A DNA stretch of 64,000 bases. Source: an uncultured Thermodesulfobacteriota bacterium (GTDB lineage Bacteria; Desulfobacterota; B13-G15). The DNA lies in NCBI GenBank assembly GCA_964611295.1, contig CAZSWV010000003.1, forward strand, positions 6,449 to 70,448, written 5' to 3'. This document shows, in pieces, positions 28,220-38,518 of the stretch. The first letter of the stretch is position 1, and the number at the start of each line of letters is the position of its first letter. Below the pieces are notes generated by a model. The model made no database searches. It was not told the origin of the DNA and saw nothing but the letters and a program-made list of their open reading frames with translations. Both the position numbers and the translations under genes were made by a program.

Positions 28220-29207
28220 AGGCCCTAGGTTGGAGAAACTCTTGAAGGCCCTAAGGGAAGAAAAAGGATTCGTCTCAGGGGAGAGATTAGGGGAAAAACT
28301 CGGCCTAACTAGGGCTTCCATATGGAAAATGGTAAAAAAGCTCAAGGAAAAAGGATATACCATAGCCTCAAAGCCCAAAATGGGATATGCCTTACTAAGG
28401 GAACCAGAAGCCTTAAACGAGTTGGCCATAAGAGAGGGACTTAGTTGTACGTTCTTTGGCAAAAAAGTCCACATCGCCCAGGAAGTGAACTCCACGAACA
28501 CTTGGGCCTTTGAGGAAGCCTTAAAAGGGGCTGAAGAGGGGGAAGTGTTTTTAGCCGAAGCACAGACCCATGGAAAAGGACGCCTGGGTAGGGTGTGGTT
28601 CTCCCCTCCCCATAGGAACATCTATATGTCCCTGATACTCAGGCCTAAACTTCCACCTCGAAAGGTACCTTTATTGGGGCTATTAGCCTCTCTGGCAGTA
28701 GCCGAGGTGTTGAAGCACAGTTACGGGTTAAACCCCTTTCTTAAGTGGCCAAATGACGTCTTGGTGAAGGGGAAGAAGATCTGCGGGATATTGGCCGAGG
28801 CCTACGGGGAGGCAGAAATGACCTCCTTTGTGGTGTTGGGAATAGGTATAAACGTAAACGTCAAGAGGATGGACCTGCCAGCCGAGCTTCAAGAAATTGC
28901 CACATCTCTCGCTGAGGAATTGGGGCATGAGGTCTCACGCAACGAATTGGTAAAAAAGGTGCTTGAGGCCTTTGAACCCCTTTACCTTGATCTGGGCCTT
29001 GGGAAAGAAAAGGAGCTCCTTGACCGCTATAAGGCTTATTTTCACATGGAAGGTTCTGAGGTTTTGGTAGAGGAGTTTGGACATGTCATAGAAGGGGTGG
29101 TTGAGGGCCTTGATGAGGAAGGAGCCCTCATCTTAAGGACCCTCCAAGGCCCAAAGAAGGTCTTCGCTGGGGATGTGAGGGTAAAAAAGTGGGCAAACTC
29201 CTGGTGA
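28203..29207 (+). CDS. birA: bifunctional biotin--[acetyl-CoA-carboxylase] ligase / biotin operon repressor
   Basis: N-terminal [15 protein letters not shown]-type biotin-binding loop, KWPNDVL, C-terminal SH3-like tail. Overlaps fusA by 17 nt. Confidence 0.8.
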   Translation: MTSSNKGPRLEKLLKALREEKGFVSGERLGEKLGLTRASIWKMVKKLKEKGYTIASKPKMGYALLREPEALNELAIREGLSCTFFGKKVHIAQEVNSTNTWAFEEALKGAEEGEVFLAEAQTHGKGRLGRVWFSPPHRNIYMSLILRPKLPPRKVPLLGLLASLAVAEVLKHSYGLNPFLKWPNDVLVKGKKICGILAEAYGEAEMTSFVVLGIGINVNVKRMDLPAELQEIATSLAEELGHEVSRNELVKKVLEAFEPLYLDLGLGKEKELLDRYKAYFHMEGSEVLVEEFGHVIEGVVEGLDEEGALILRTLQGPKKVFAGDVRVKKWANSW

Positions 29208-29965
29208 TAGACATAGGGAACACCAATACCGTTATAGGCATCTTCGATGGAGAAGAATTAGTCTGTCATTGGAGGATAGCGACTTTAGTGGAAAGGACCG
29301 TGGATGAAGTGTCCGTGTTGCTTAAAGAACTCCTCTTACTTGAGGCCATAAGGTCAAAGGAGGTGGAAGGGGTTTCTATCTCAAGCGTTGTGCCCCCTCT
29401 TACGCCCATCTTCGAGGAGGCTTCAAGGAAGTTGTTTGGGGTAAAACCCCTTATAGTGGGCCCTGGGGTGAAAACAGGTATGCCCATCCTTTATGAAAAC
29501 CCCCATGAAGTTGGAGCAGACCGTATAGTGAACGCAGTAGCTGCTTACGAACAGTACCGAAGGGAGCTCATAGTCGTCGACTTCGGTACAGCTACGACCT
29601 TTGACTACGTCACCGCCAAGGGCGAATACCTTGGAGGAGCCATAGCCCCAGGGATAGGGGTATCCCTAGAAGCCCTATTCCAGAGGACGTCGAAATTACC
29701 ACGCGTAGAGTTCTCTAAACCCAAAGGGGTAATAGGTAGGAACACCGTCTGGAGCATCCAATCTGGGGTCTTTTACGGATACGTAGGACTTGTCGAGGCC
29801 CTGGTTAGGAGAATGGCACAGGAGAGGCAAAGTCGGCCCTTGGTGATCGCCACCGGCGGCTACGCACCCCTCATCGCCCCGGAGACCAAGGCCATAGACG
29901 TAGTGGATGAGTTCCTCACCCTTAAAGGGCTTAGGATCATTTATGAGAGGAACCTCAAGCGATGA
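29189..29965 (+). CDS. coaX: type III pantothenate kinase
   Basis: [16 protein letters not shown]...GADRIVN...DFGTATTFD matches CoaX. The birA-coaX adjacency is common. Confidence 0.85.
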   Translation: MGKLLVIDIGNTNTVIGIFDGEELVCHWRIATLVERTVDEVSVLLKELLLLEAIRSKEVEGVSISSVVPPLTPIFEEASRKLFGVKPLIVGPGVKTGMPILYENPHEVGADRIVNAVAAYEQYRRELIVVDFGTATTFDYVTAKGEYLGGAIAPGIGVSLEALFQRTSKLPRVEFSKPKGVIGRNTVWSIQSGVFYGYVGLVEALVRRMAQERQSRPLVIATGGYAPLIAPETKAIDVVDEFLTLKGLRIIYERNLKR

Positions 29966-29969
29966 AAGC

Positions 29970-30170
29970 TCAAAGACGACTACTCCAGCTTTCTATAAAC
30001 CTCTTAAGGGAACGATCGTAGGTCTTTTCCACCTCTGGTGGGAAAAGACACCCGGGCAATTGGCGTTTGGACCAGTGATAACTAAGGCACTCACAACACT
30101 TTCCTTTCCTAGGGCATGGTTCATAAGTACACGTACAGGCCTTCAGGTTGTTTTCCAGCTTACACTCCAT
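29970..30170 (-). CDS. small Cys-rich protein (hypothetical), 66 aa
   Basis: Cys arrangement CxC-x4-C-x6-CCxC (ACTCTYEPCPRKGKCCECLSYHW). Resembles small conserved cytosolic Cys-cluster proteins, but no family is assigned with confidence. Confidence 0.35.
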   Translation of the reverse strand: MECKLENNLKACTCTYEPCPRKGKCCECLSYHWSKRQLPGCLFPPEVEKTYDRSLKRFIESWSSRL

Positions 30171-30258
30171 AGGGCAACCTCCTTAAGGACTTGCGGGTCG
30201 CTGTCTATTTAGCACAACCCAAGGAATAGGGCAAACGATGCCTTTGCTTCAACCCCTT

Positions 30259-32442
30259 TTAAGAGCCCTCAAGGAGAACTTTTGGTGTCAAAGGCAGCCG
30301 TCTGATCCTCTTGCCTATGGCATCGAAAACCGCATTGGCAATGGCTGGGGCAGTAGGTGTAACCCCGGGTTCGCCAATGCCCCCTATGTTTTCTTTACCG
30401 CTCTCTATTATCTTCACCTCTATTTCAGGAACCTCACTCATCCTTATGACCTTGTAATCATCGAAGTTGGATGACTTAACGCCTCCTGATTCAAAAAGGA
30501 CTTCTTCCTTAAGCGCAGTGCTAACCCCTAATGTGATGGCACCTTCCATCTGGGCCACTACCGTATCTGGGTTTACACATATACCACAGTCGACAGCACA
30601 AAAGACCTTGTCCACCCTTATGTTGCCCGAACTTTCATCTACGGTCACCTCAGCCACCTGCGCCACATAAGTGCCGAAACACGTATGGAAGGCTATGCCA
30701 CGACCCCTGCCTCTCCCTAGAGGTTTACCCCACCCGGACATCTCCGCAACCGTTTCCAATACCTTAACTGCGCGGGGCTTATTCCTCAATAGATGCATGC
30801 GAAACTCCAAAGGGTCCTTACCCACAAAACGAGCCAGTTCATCTATAAAGCATTCCACCACAAAGGCATTCGGGGCATTTTGAACGGATCTCCACGGGGC
30901 AGCAGGGATGGGTAGTTCTGAAAGGTATTGCTCAACGTAAAAGTTCGGAAATTCATAAGCGGTAGTGGAATAAACCGGCGGGGGAGGAGAGTCGACGATC
31001 CCCCATAGGCAGAAGTAATCGACACCGTCCTTTATCCACGCGGGGTTGTAAAACTTCAAAATGGAAGTACAGACCACTTTGTGATGCCAAGCAATGACCT
31101 TCCCTTCCTTATCAAGCCCTGCCTTGATCCTTTGGCATGTCGCCGCCCTGAAACGGTCGCATTTAATGTCATCCTCACGTGTCCACACGAGCTTTACAGG
31201 GCCGTCCACTTGTTTTGCAATCTCACATGCCTCCATCACAAAATCGGCCTGTGAACGCCTCCCAAGGCCACACCCCAAAAAGGTGGTATGAACGTGGACC
31301 TTTTCTGGAGGCAAACCCGTGATCCTCGAAGCCACAAGCCTTGTCAGCGTCTGGGCTTGTGTGGGAACCCATATGTCGCACCTGTCCTTTTGGACATAAA
31401 CCGTGCAGTTCATAGGTTCCATTGTGACGTGGGCCACATGTGGCACGTAGTAAACAGCCTCGTAGACCTTGTCGGCTGCTGAAAGGGCCTTTTGCACATC
31501 CCCTACATGTTTGGCTACGGCCCCAGGTTTATCCAAACACTCTAAGAAGTACTTTTCGATATATTGGCTATCCATGTATGGATGAGATCCCCTGTCCCAT
31601 TTAACCTTTAAAGCTTCCCTCCCCTTGTAAGCAGAAAAGAAAGAATCCGCAACCACAGCGATCCCTTGTGGTATACGGACCACCTTCCTTACGCCCTTGA
31701 CGGCCAAAGCGGCCTGTTCATCGTAAGAGAGAGGTTTTGCATTATATGAAGGCGGATGCGCAACCACGGCGTAAAGCATGCCGGGTACTTCTACGTCCAT
31801 GCCAAAAATTGCTTTACCCTCTATCTTTTGAGGTATATCAAGACGTTTCATGGGCTTGCCGATGTACCTGAATTCCCTCTCTGCCTTGAGGGGGACCTCT
31901 GCCGGGACCGGTAATTGAGAAGCCACCCCTACTAACTTCCCGTAACTTATCTTCTTGTTTGACCGTGTGTGCCTAACCGTACCCAATTGGGCCACACACT
32001 CCTGCTCAGGGACTTTCCACAACTGGGCAGCTGCCTTCACAAAGAGGACCCTTCCTACAGCACCAGCCTTCCTCAAGGGTTCGAAAAACCCCCTTACGCT
32101 CGCACTTGCAACTGTAACCTGCGCACCAAGCAGGGGATTTTTAAAGGCATCGTCAGCCCCTACTTGTTTGACAACCACTCGCTTCCAGTCTACTTCAAGC
32201 TCATCCGCTATTATCATGGCCAAGGCCGTCATGGAACCTTGCCCCATCTCTGAATTGCCGAAGTAAATGAAGACGCTGTCATCTGGAAGGACCTCGTACC
32301 AAACAGTGGGTTTAAAGGCCCTGAGGGCCTCCTTGTCAGTAGAGGCATTTACCACTTTCACACCCAAAGGGGTAATGGAGGCTGCGATGACCAGACCGGC
32401 TGTTTTCAAAAATTCGCGCCTTGACATCTTGAGCTCATTCAT
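30259..32442 (-). CDS. xanthine dehydrogenase-family molybdopterin-binding subunit, IorB / membrane-bound aldehyde dehydrogenase-like, Tat-exported
   Basis: 727 aa. Twin-arginine leader MSRREFLKTAGLVIAAS; two aldehyde-oxidase/xanthine-DH Mo-binding domains. Confidence 0.75.
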   Translation of the reverse strand: MNELKMSRREFLKTAGLVIAASITPLGVKVVNASTDKEALRAFKPTVWYEVLPDDSVFIYFGNSEMGQGSMTALAMIIADELEVDWKRVVVKQVGADDAFKNPLLGAQVTVASASVRGFFEPLRKAGAVGRVLFVKAAAQLWKVPEQECVAQLGTVRHTRSNKKISYGKLVGVASQLPVPAEVPLKAEREFRYIGKPMKRLDIPQKIEGKAIFGMDVEVPGMLYAVVAHPPSYNAKPLSYDEQAALAVKGVRKVVRIPQGIAVVADSFFSAYKGREALKVKWDRGSHPYMDSQYIEKYFLECLDKPGAVAKHVGDVQKALSAADKVYEAVYYVPHVAHVTMEPMNCTVYVQKDRCDIWVPTQAQTLTRLVASRITGLPPEKVHVHTTFLGCGLGRRSQADFVMEACEIAKQVDGPVKLVWTREDDIKCDRFRAATCQRIKAGLDKEGKVIAWHHKVVCTSILKFYNPAWIKDGVDYFCLWGIVDSPPPPVYSTTAYEFPNFYVEQYLSELPIPAAPWRSVQNAPNAFVVECFIDELARFVGKDPLEFRMHLLRNKPRAVKVLETVAEMSGWGKPLGRGRGRGIAFHTCFGTYVAQVAEVTVDESSGNIRVDKVFCAVDCGICVNPDTVVAQMEGAITLGVSTALKEEVLFESGGVKSSNFDDYKVIRMSEVPEIEVKIIESGKENIGGIGEPGVTPTAPAIANAVFDAIGKRIRRLPLTPKVLLEGS

Positions 32443-32903
32443 CCTTTAACCTCCTTCTTCATGAGTTCAATGGCTAGCCTTACCGCCTTCTTTATCCGCG
32501 GATAGGTCCCACACCTACAAATCACGTCATCGAGTTGCCGTATGACCTCTTCATGGTTTGGCAAAGGCCTCTTGGACAAAAGGTATGCCACCTGCATGAT
32601 TATCCCCGGCTGACAATACCCACATTGGGGAACTTGCTCTATCAACCAAGCCCTTTTTACAGGATGGTCCGCAGGAAGCCCTTCTATCGTCACCACTTCC
32701 TTACCTTCAACTTCCCCCACAGGAAGCACACAAGACCTCTGCGCCGCCCCGTCCACGTGAACCGTACAAGCACCACATTCCCCTACCCCACATGCATACT
32801 TGGTACCCGTAAGTTTCAAATGATCCCTTAAAACCCACAAAAGGGGCGTATCAGGAGAAACATCCACTTTATATACCTTACCGTTCACCTTTAACCTCAA
32901 CAT
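32439..32903 (-). CDS. (2Fe-2S)-binding small subunit of the Mo hydroxylase (IorA-like)
   Basis: 154 aa with CGVGECGAC (plant-type 2Fe-2S) and CGYC...C (second 2Fe-2S). Translationally coupled to the large subunit. Confidence 0.8.
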   Translation of the reverse strand: MLRLKVNGKVYKVDVSPDTPLLWVLRDHLKLTGTKYACGVGECGACTVHVDGAAQRSCVLPVGEVEGKEVVTIEGLPADHPVKRAWLIEQVPQCGYCQPGIIMQVAYLLSKRPLPNHEEVIRQLDDVICRCGTYPRIKKAVRLAIELMKKEVKG

Positions 32904-33011
32904 CTAAGCCCTCCACATAGTGGTGACTTAATTCTGTTTTATAAAATTAAATTTGTCAATGGCCTTAAAGATGAAAGCCATGGCGTTGTCTTTTTATAGT
33001 GGCAAATTCTA

Positions 33012-34064
33012 TTAAAGTTCGCTTTCTAAGGTGCGAATGGCGCGGAGAGGTAAAACCACGTATGCGTGGTCTTTTGGCCTAAGGCCTAAGTGGTTATAAG
33101 TTTCCTCTTCCATTTCCACCAAGATCCTCTTTGGGCCTACGGTTAGTTCTACCCTTACGAAAGGAGGGTCGTGTTCTACCTTTTCCACGGCTCCCATAAG
33201 CCGATTGACGTTAGGTCCGGGAGGAGGGTCTTTTGAGAGGTGCACATTCCATGGTAGAAAGGAAATCCTCGTTATCTTCTTCCCTGTATAGGGGACCAAG
33301 AGCAATAACCCCCCTACGTCCACCTGTGCAAGACCGGAGTCCAGAGGCGTAAAGGAACGGCATTCGAAGACGTTTGGCCCTCCGAAATAGCGGGAAACTA
33401 GGTCGTTGGAGGGCTTGAACATGAGCTCTTCGGGTATACCTACTTGTTGTATCTTGCCTTCGGCCATCAAGGCCACGCGGTCCCCCATCTCGAAGGCCTC
33501 GGTAACATTATGTGTCACAAATATGGTGGTTATTTTGAGGGAACGCTGTAGCCTCTTGAATTCCGTCCTCAGGTATTTTGAGGTCCGAAGGTCAAGCTTA
33601 GAAAAGGGCTCATCTAGAAGGAGCACCCTTGGCCACGGTGCCAAGGTCCTGCCCAAGGCCACCCTTTGGGCCTCACCACCGCTTAGGTCTTTTGGGTATC
33701 TGCCCCTCAAATGGGAGATCCTGAGGAGTTCCAACACCTCCTCTACCCTCTGCTCAAGGGCCTGCCCCTTTAGCCCTTTTGCCTTAAGGCCAAAAGCGAC
33801 GTTTTCCCAAACGGTCATGTGTGGAAACAGGGCCAAGCCTTGGAAAAGGTAACCCACTTGACGTCTTTCAGGCGGCAAGTGGTCAATTGGATTTTGGCCT
33901 ATCTTCACCTTCCCCTTATAGGGTACAAGGCCGGCTATGGCGTTAAGGAGGGTGGTCTTCCCTGCCCCTGTAGGACCTACAAGGGCAACTACCTCTCCTT
34001 CCCCCACCGTTAAATCGACCCCTTTTAGGGCGAAGTTCTCAAGGCCCTCGACCCTTACCTCCAC
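33012..34064 (-). CDS. ABC transporter ATP-binding protein with C-terminal TOBE-like extension
   Basis: GPTGAGKTT, LSGGEAQRV, LLLDEP, plus about 120 aa of C-terminal beta-rich domain as in ModC/CysA-type ATPases. Confidence 0.75.
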   Translation of the reverse strand: MEVRVEGLENFALKGVDLTVGEGEVVALVGPTGAGKTTLLNAIAGLVPYKGKVKIGQNPIDHLPPERRQVGYLFQGLALFPHMTVWENVAFGLKAKGLKGQALEQRVEEVLELLRISHLRGRYPKDLSGGEAQRVALGRTLAPWPRVLLLDEPFSKLDLRTSKYLRTEFKRLQRSLKITTIFVTHNVTEAFEMGDRVALMAEGKIQQVGIPEELMFKPSNDLVSRYFGGPNVFECRSFTPLDSGLAQVDVGGLLLLVPYTGKKITRISFLPWNVHLSKDPPPGPNVNRLMGAVEKVEHDPPFVRVELTVGPKRILVEMEEETYNHLGLRPKDHAYVVLPLRAIRTLESEL

Positions 34065-34810
34065 CTGGTAAACCTCCGTTCAAGCCAAAGGAAGGACCTC
34101 TCGAAGGCAAAACACAGAAAGCTCAACACCCCTAAGCACACCAATATGACGTCCACCCTCATCAAGCTTTCGGCCTTCCACATGAGGGCTCCAATCCCGG
34201 TGGGTATGGCTATCATCTCAGCTGCAAGTAGCACTCTCCAAGCCATACCGGCTTCAAGTCTCAAGCCCGTCAAGATCTGGGGCAGGGCCAAGGGAAGGAG
34301 CACCTCCTTTAGCGTCCTCAAGGGGGATGCCCCTAGGACTTTGGAAGCGTAAAGGAGCTCTCTAGGCACACCCCTTATACCTGTCAAGGTGTTGTAAAGG
34401 ACCGGGAACATGGAACAGATGAAGATCAAAGCCACAGAGAGCCCCTCCCCTGGTCCTAACCATATAAGTAAAAGGGGAAGCCACCCCAAAGAGGGTATGG
34501 GGTAAAGGAGGGAAAAGATGGGGGAAAGCCACCGGTCCAATGTCTCCTTTAGCCCCATAAGCACGCCGAAGGCAAAGCCCACTGAAGCCCCAAGTGAAAG
34601 CCCGATCAAAACCCTCAGGGAGCTTTTAACCAACGCCCACAGGAACTCCTTCCCTTTCAGAAGCCATAAAAAGGTCCAAAGGAGGTCTGAAGGCGGAGGC
34701 AAAAGGATTGCCTCCTTTAGGCCTACCCTTGAGGCAACCTCCCAGGCGGAAAAGGCCACAATTACCGGTATAAAGGCGTTAGGGGCCTTTAACCTCCTCA
34801 TGGCCTCCAA
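34055..34810 (-). CDS. ABC transporter permease, NitT/TauT (SsuC/TauC-like) family
   Basis: 251 aa with 6 TM segments and an EAA-like loop (LRLEAGMAWRVLLAAEM). Confidence 0.7.
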   Translation of the reverse strand: MEAMRRLKAPNAFIPVIVAFSAWEVASRVGLKEAILLPPPSDLLWTFLWLLKGKEFLWALVKSSLRVLIGLSLGASVGFAFGVLMGLKETLDRWLSPIFSLLYPIPSLGWLPLLLIWLGPGEGLSVALIFICSMFPVLYNTLTGIRGVPRELLYASKVLGASPLRTLKEVLLPLALPQILTGLRLEAGMAWRVLLAAEMIAIPTGIGALMWKAESLMRVDVILVCLGVLSFLCFAFERSFLWLERRFTRWR

Positions 34811-35760
34811 AGGACCTCTTTGGGGTCTATGGATTTAGAAACGTAGCCATAACGCAAGAGCAATTCCAAGGTCCATTTGACGTCTTCTTCTGTAAGGGTG
34901 GAATCGAAGGCCATCCTCGAAAAGGCCCGGAGGAAAACCCCTTCGTTTGGTTTAGGTAAAGGCATTTCCCCTCCTATATCCACCGGGAGGTTCATGGCAA
35001 AATGACGCGAAAGGATCCTTGCCCCCTCTTCAGGGTGATCCCTAAGCCACCTGGTAGCGCGCTCAGTGATTTCTTTAAGCTTTAAGGCCGAAGCCGCAGG
35101 AAGCCCCTCGGTCACCACCAGGACGCTCCCGGGCATTTTAGGAAATACGTCGCTTGCGGAAAGCAATACCTTGAAACCCATCTGTTCGGCCAGACTTACC
35201 CAGTGCTCGGGCAAAAAAGCAGCCCCGATCTGTCCTCGTGAAAGGGCCAAGACCGTCAAAAAGGGGTTCATCCGTAAAACCTCTTCCTTTCTGTGTCCCT
35301 GAAGGCCTCCGTAGCGTTCGTAAACCCCTTTCATAAAAAGGTCCACTGTCGTCCCCTCCCTCAGACAGCCAACCTTAACCTTGGAGAGATCCTCTACGGC
35401 CTTCACCTTTGAAGGATCGACCACAAGTCCATAGCCGTACCTATGGGTTAGCGTAAGACACCTGAGGGGCACATTGGCGTTACAAAAGGCCAAAAGTGCA
35501 GGGGCAAGGCACATATAGGCCACTTCGATCTTCTTCCTCTGTAAGGCAGCTGCAAGGGCCGTACCGGTCAGAAAGGCCTCATAGGATTCGACCTCTATCG
35601 CAGCCTCTTGAAACCAACCCTTTTCAAGGGCAACCCAAAAGGGTGCAGAATGGGCGTTATACTCCACCGCAAAACGGAAAGGCCAGCAGGCCGTTTTATA
35701 CCCCAGTATCAAACACCCTATGAAGGACAAAGACAAGAAGAACTTCTTTGAAAAGACCAT
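34798..35760 (-). CDS. ABC transporter substrate-binding protein, NitT/TauT (NMT1/SsuA-like) family
   Basis: 320 aa with signal peptide and an SsuA/NMT1-like pattern. First gene of the transporter operon. Confidence 0.55.
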   Translation of the reverse strand: MVFSKKFFLSLSFIGCLILGYKTACWPFRFAVEYNAHSAPFWVALEKGWFQEAAIEVESYEAFLTGTALAAALQRKKIEVAYMCLAPALLAFCNANVPLRCLTLTHRYGYGLVVDPSKVKAVEDLSKVKVGCLREGTTVDLFMKGVYERYGGLQGHRKEEVLRMNPFLTVLALSRGQIGAAFLPEHWVSLAEQMGFKVLLSASDVFPKMPGSVLVVTEGLPAASALKLKEITERATRWLRDHPEEGARILSRHFAMNLPVDIGGEMPLPKPNEGVFLRAFSRMAFDSTLTEEDVKWTLELLLRYGYVSKSIDPKEVLWRP

Positions 35761-35856
35761 CTGACCTCCTCCTTTCCTTATAAACCTCCAAGAACCTTTT
35801 CCATTCTATCACGGTATGTTATTTTTGTTAGGCGAAAAAGGGAAAGGAGGGGCGGC

Positions 35857-36516
35857 ATGGAGGTAAAGTGGTTGGGGCATGCGGCCTTTTTGATAAAGGG
35901 AAGCGATGGTTTTAGGGTCATCACTGATCCCTATAAACCCGGGGCTTACGGAGGGGGAATAGCTTATGGGGCCATTAAAGAAGAAGCGGATGTCGTGACC
36001 GTCAGCCACGATCACGAAGATCACAATTGGGTTTCAGACATTAAGGGCTCACCGGTCGTCCTAAAAGGGGCTGGGGTCCACGAGGTACGTGGCAGGACCT
36101 TCAAGGGCATAGCTACCTTTCACGACCCATCAGGGGGAAAGGAAAGGGGTAAAAACACGGTCTTCTGTTTCACAGTGGATGGCATAAGGATATGCCATCT
36201 GGGTGACCTAGGACATGTACTTTCGGACGATCACCTGAGGGAAATAGGGGAAGTTGATCTCTTGCTTATTCCTGTAGGTGGGTATTACACCATAGATGCG
36301 AAAGAGGCCACACAGGTCCTTTCACAGATAAGGCCTAAGAAGGCCATACCCATGCATTTCAAAACCCCTAAGTGTGGTTTCCCCATCTCCCCTGTTGAGG
36401 ATTTCTTAAAGGATAAGGAACGCGTACAGAGGGTGGGGTCAAGTGTTATCTCCCTTGGACCAGAGGACTTCAAAGGGGAAGGTCCAGAGATCATAGTGTT
36501 AGAACCCGGCCTCTAG
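35857..36516 (+). CDS. MBL-fold metallo-hydrolase
   Basis: HxHxDH motif (VSHDHEDHNW) and further His/Asp ligands. Preceded by a GGAGGGG RBS. Confidence 0.7.
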   Translation: MEVKWLGHAAFLIKGSDGFRVITDPYKPGAYGGGIAYGAIKEEADVVTVSHDHEDHNWVSDIKGSPVVLKGAGVHEVRGRTFKGIATFHDPSGGKERGKNTVFCFTVDGIRICHLGDLGHVLSDDHLREIGEVDLLLIPVGGYYTIDAKEATQVLSQIRPKKAIPMHFKTPKCGFPISPVEDFLKDKERVQRVGSSVISLGPEDFKGEGPEIIVLEPGL

Positions 36517-36522
36517 ACGGAG

Positions 36523-37050
36523 ATGGCTGAAGGCATCAGGCTCCTCTTTTCCCGCGAGGAGATACAGGAGGCTGTAAGGCGCCTTGGGGAAGAAATATCG
36601 CGCGACTACAGGGATAAGTCCCTCTTAATGATCGGGGTTTTGAAAGGGGCTTTCGTATTTTTGGCTGACTTGGTAAGGGTTTTGTCCATCCCTGTACAGG
36701 TGGATTTCGTCAGGCTTTCTAGTTACGGTCACAGGACTGAAACCTCAGGTGATATAAAGATGACCAAGGGGCTTGAATGTGATCCGAGGGACAAGGATGT
36801 CCTCATCGTGGAAGACATAGTGGATACGGGCCTTAGTTTGAAGTTCCTGATAGAGGAGCTTTTGGCCCGCGGTCCTAAAAGCGTCAAGGTCTGTGCCCTT
36901 TTGGACAAAAGGCAGAGGCGAAAGGTGGACGTCCCCTTACATTACGTGGGCTTTGTGGTAGACAAAGGGTTTGTAGTGGGTTACGGTATAGACTACAACG
37001 AGCGCTACAGGGAGCTTCCCGATATCTATGTCCTTGAAGAGGCCCCTTGA
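36523..37050 (+). CDS. hpt: hypoxanthine phosphoribosyltransferase
   Basis: LIVEDIVDTGLSL PRPP-binding motif and 175 aa length. Confidence 0.85.
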   Translation: MAEGIRLLFSREEIQEAVRRLGEEISRDYRDKSLLMIGVLKGAFVFLADLVRVLSIPVQVDFVRLSSYGHRTETSGDIKMTKGLECDPRDKDVLIVEDIVDTGLSLKFLIEELLARGPKSVKVCALLDKRQRRKVDVPLHYVGFVVDKGFVVGYGIDYNERYRELPDIYVLEEAP

Positions 37051-38518
37051 ACTGTTTTTACCCCTTCTGGCACTGGTCCTTTCCTGTATGCCCGAAAAAA
37101 GGGTCTTTTACCCTCCGCTTTCCGAACAACAGTTAAAGGAAGTCCTTTTTGCTTCAAACAAGGCATATGGAGAAGGTAAAGCGACAGAAGTCGTTTCGAT
37201 GCTTGAACCTTTGATCGATCGCTTCCCTCAAGGCCCTCTTAAAAAGGAGGCCCTAAAGCTCTTGGCCTTTTCCTATTTCAGCCTGAAGCGATATGAGAAA
37301 TCCTCTCTTTACTTCCAGGAGCTACTGGGGTCCTTTCCTGAATCGGGTAGGGATAAGTCCATAACCCTCCAGGCCATCAGGTCCTTTGAAAAAGCAGGCG
37401 AAACCCATAAGATCCCTCCCCTTGCCGAAGGCCTCTTGAAAACGCCCTTGTCCTCGGAGGAAAAAAAGGAAGTCCTAAAGATCCTCGCCAAGTCTCTGGG
37501 CCGTATCAACCCCGTTAAGGCCCTCAAGAACTACGAGCTGCTCCAAAAGGAAGGGGTATCGGAAGCGCGGCAAGAGGCTTTCTCTCTCATAGAGGAATGT
37601 AGTAGGGAACAGCTCATAGAAGTAGAAAAGGCCTTTTCAAATCATCCCTATGGGGTCTTGGCAAGGATTACCCTTGCCCGATTGCACTTAAAAGAGGGAC
37701 AACCGGCAAAGGCCTTCTTCGCTTTGGAAACCCTAAGGGACAAGGCCAAAGAAAAAGGGGTGCTCAACCAATGGCAAAAGGCCTGGAACGACGTAAGGAC
37801 AGAGGTGAAGTCACAGGTGTTGAGGGTGCGTATGTTTCCAGATGGGAAAAGGGGGCTAGATTTCTTGAAAGGGGCCTTTTTGGCAGGTGGGGTTTTCGGA
37901 GAAAGGGTACCGTGGAAGATGCGGCTTAAGTTCGAAAGGTCACCTGAGGATACATCAGGTACCCTCCTTTTCGGCGTTTACGGCTTTGAGAAAGGGATAA
38001 AGGGTCTCCTTGAACTAGCCAAAAGGGAAGGACTTACCGAGTTAGCGCTAATTGGCCCTGGAGGAGAACGTTTGAAGGAAGTGGTTTCCAAGGCAGCAAA
38101 GGCCCAAGGGCTTGAGGTTTTACGTCTTGGGCCCGATGACAAGGATAAAAAGGAAAAGGCCAAGGGTTTGCTTTTGGTGGGCGAGGAAAAGGACATCTGT
38201 TCTGTCCTCGCCCAAGGCGAGGGAAAGGGGCCTAAGGTCTTCGTCTTATTGCCCAAGGATCCTTCGGGGCTTCTTAGGGTTTGCGGTCGATATATGGAAG
38301 GGGCCTTTTTGGCCTGTCCTTTTTGGGAAAGTAGCACAAGGGATGGGGTAAGGGAATTCGTCCAGGGGTATCGTTCCGTATATGGCGAATCCCCATCTTT
38401 CCAAGCGGCCCTGGGGTATTTCGAGGTCATCAAGGCCCTTGATCCTAGCTTTCGGTCCCCTTTGGAGGATCCCTTCCTGCTGAAGGTCACCCGTGGATCT
38501 GCCCTCGAGCTACGTTGA
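37028..38518 (+). CDS. lipoprotein with N-terminal TPR-like repeats and C-terminal periplasmic-binding-protein-like domain (LpoA/LppC-like)
   Basis: Lipobox LALVLSC. Helical repeat region, then a PBP type-I-like C-terminal half. Architecture resembles penicillin-binding-protein activator LpoA. Confidence 0.4.
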   Translation: MSLKRPLELFLPLLALVLSCMPEKRVFYPPLSEQQLKEVLFASNKAYGEGKATEVVSMLEPLIDRFPQGPLKKEALKLLAFSYFSLKRYEKSSLYFQELLGSFPESGRDKSITLQAIRSFEKAGETHKIPPLAEGLLKTPLSSEEKKEVLKILAKSLGRINPVKALKNYELLQKEGVSEARQEAFSLIEECSREQLIEVEKAFSNHPYGVLARITLARLHLKEGQPAKAFFALETLRDKAKEKGVLNQWQKAWNDVRTEVKSQVLRVRMFPDGKRGLDFLKGAFLAGGVFGERVPWKMRLKFERSPEDTSGTLLFGVYGFEKGIKGLLELAKREGLTELALIGPGGERLKEVVSKAAKAQGLEVLRLGPDDKDKKEKAKGLLLVGEEKDICSVLAQGEGKGPKVFVLLPKDPSGLLRVCGRYMEGAFLACPFWESSTRDGVREFVQGYRSVYGESPSFQAALGYFEVIKALDPSFRSPLEDPFLLKVTRGSALELR

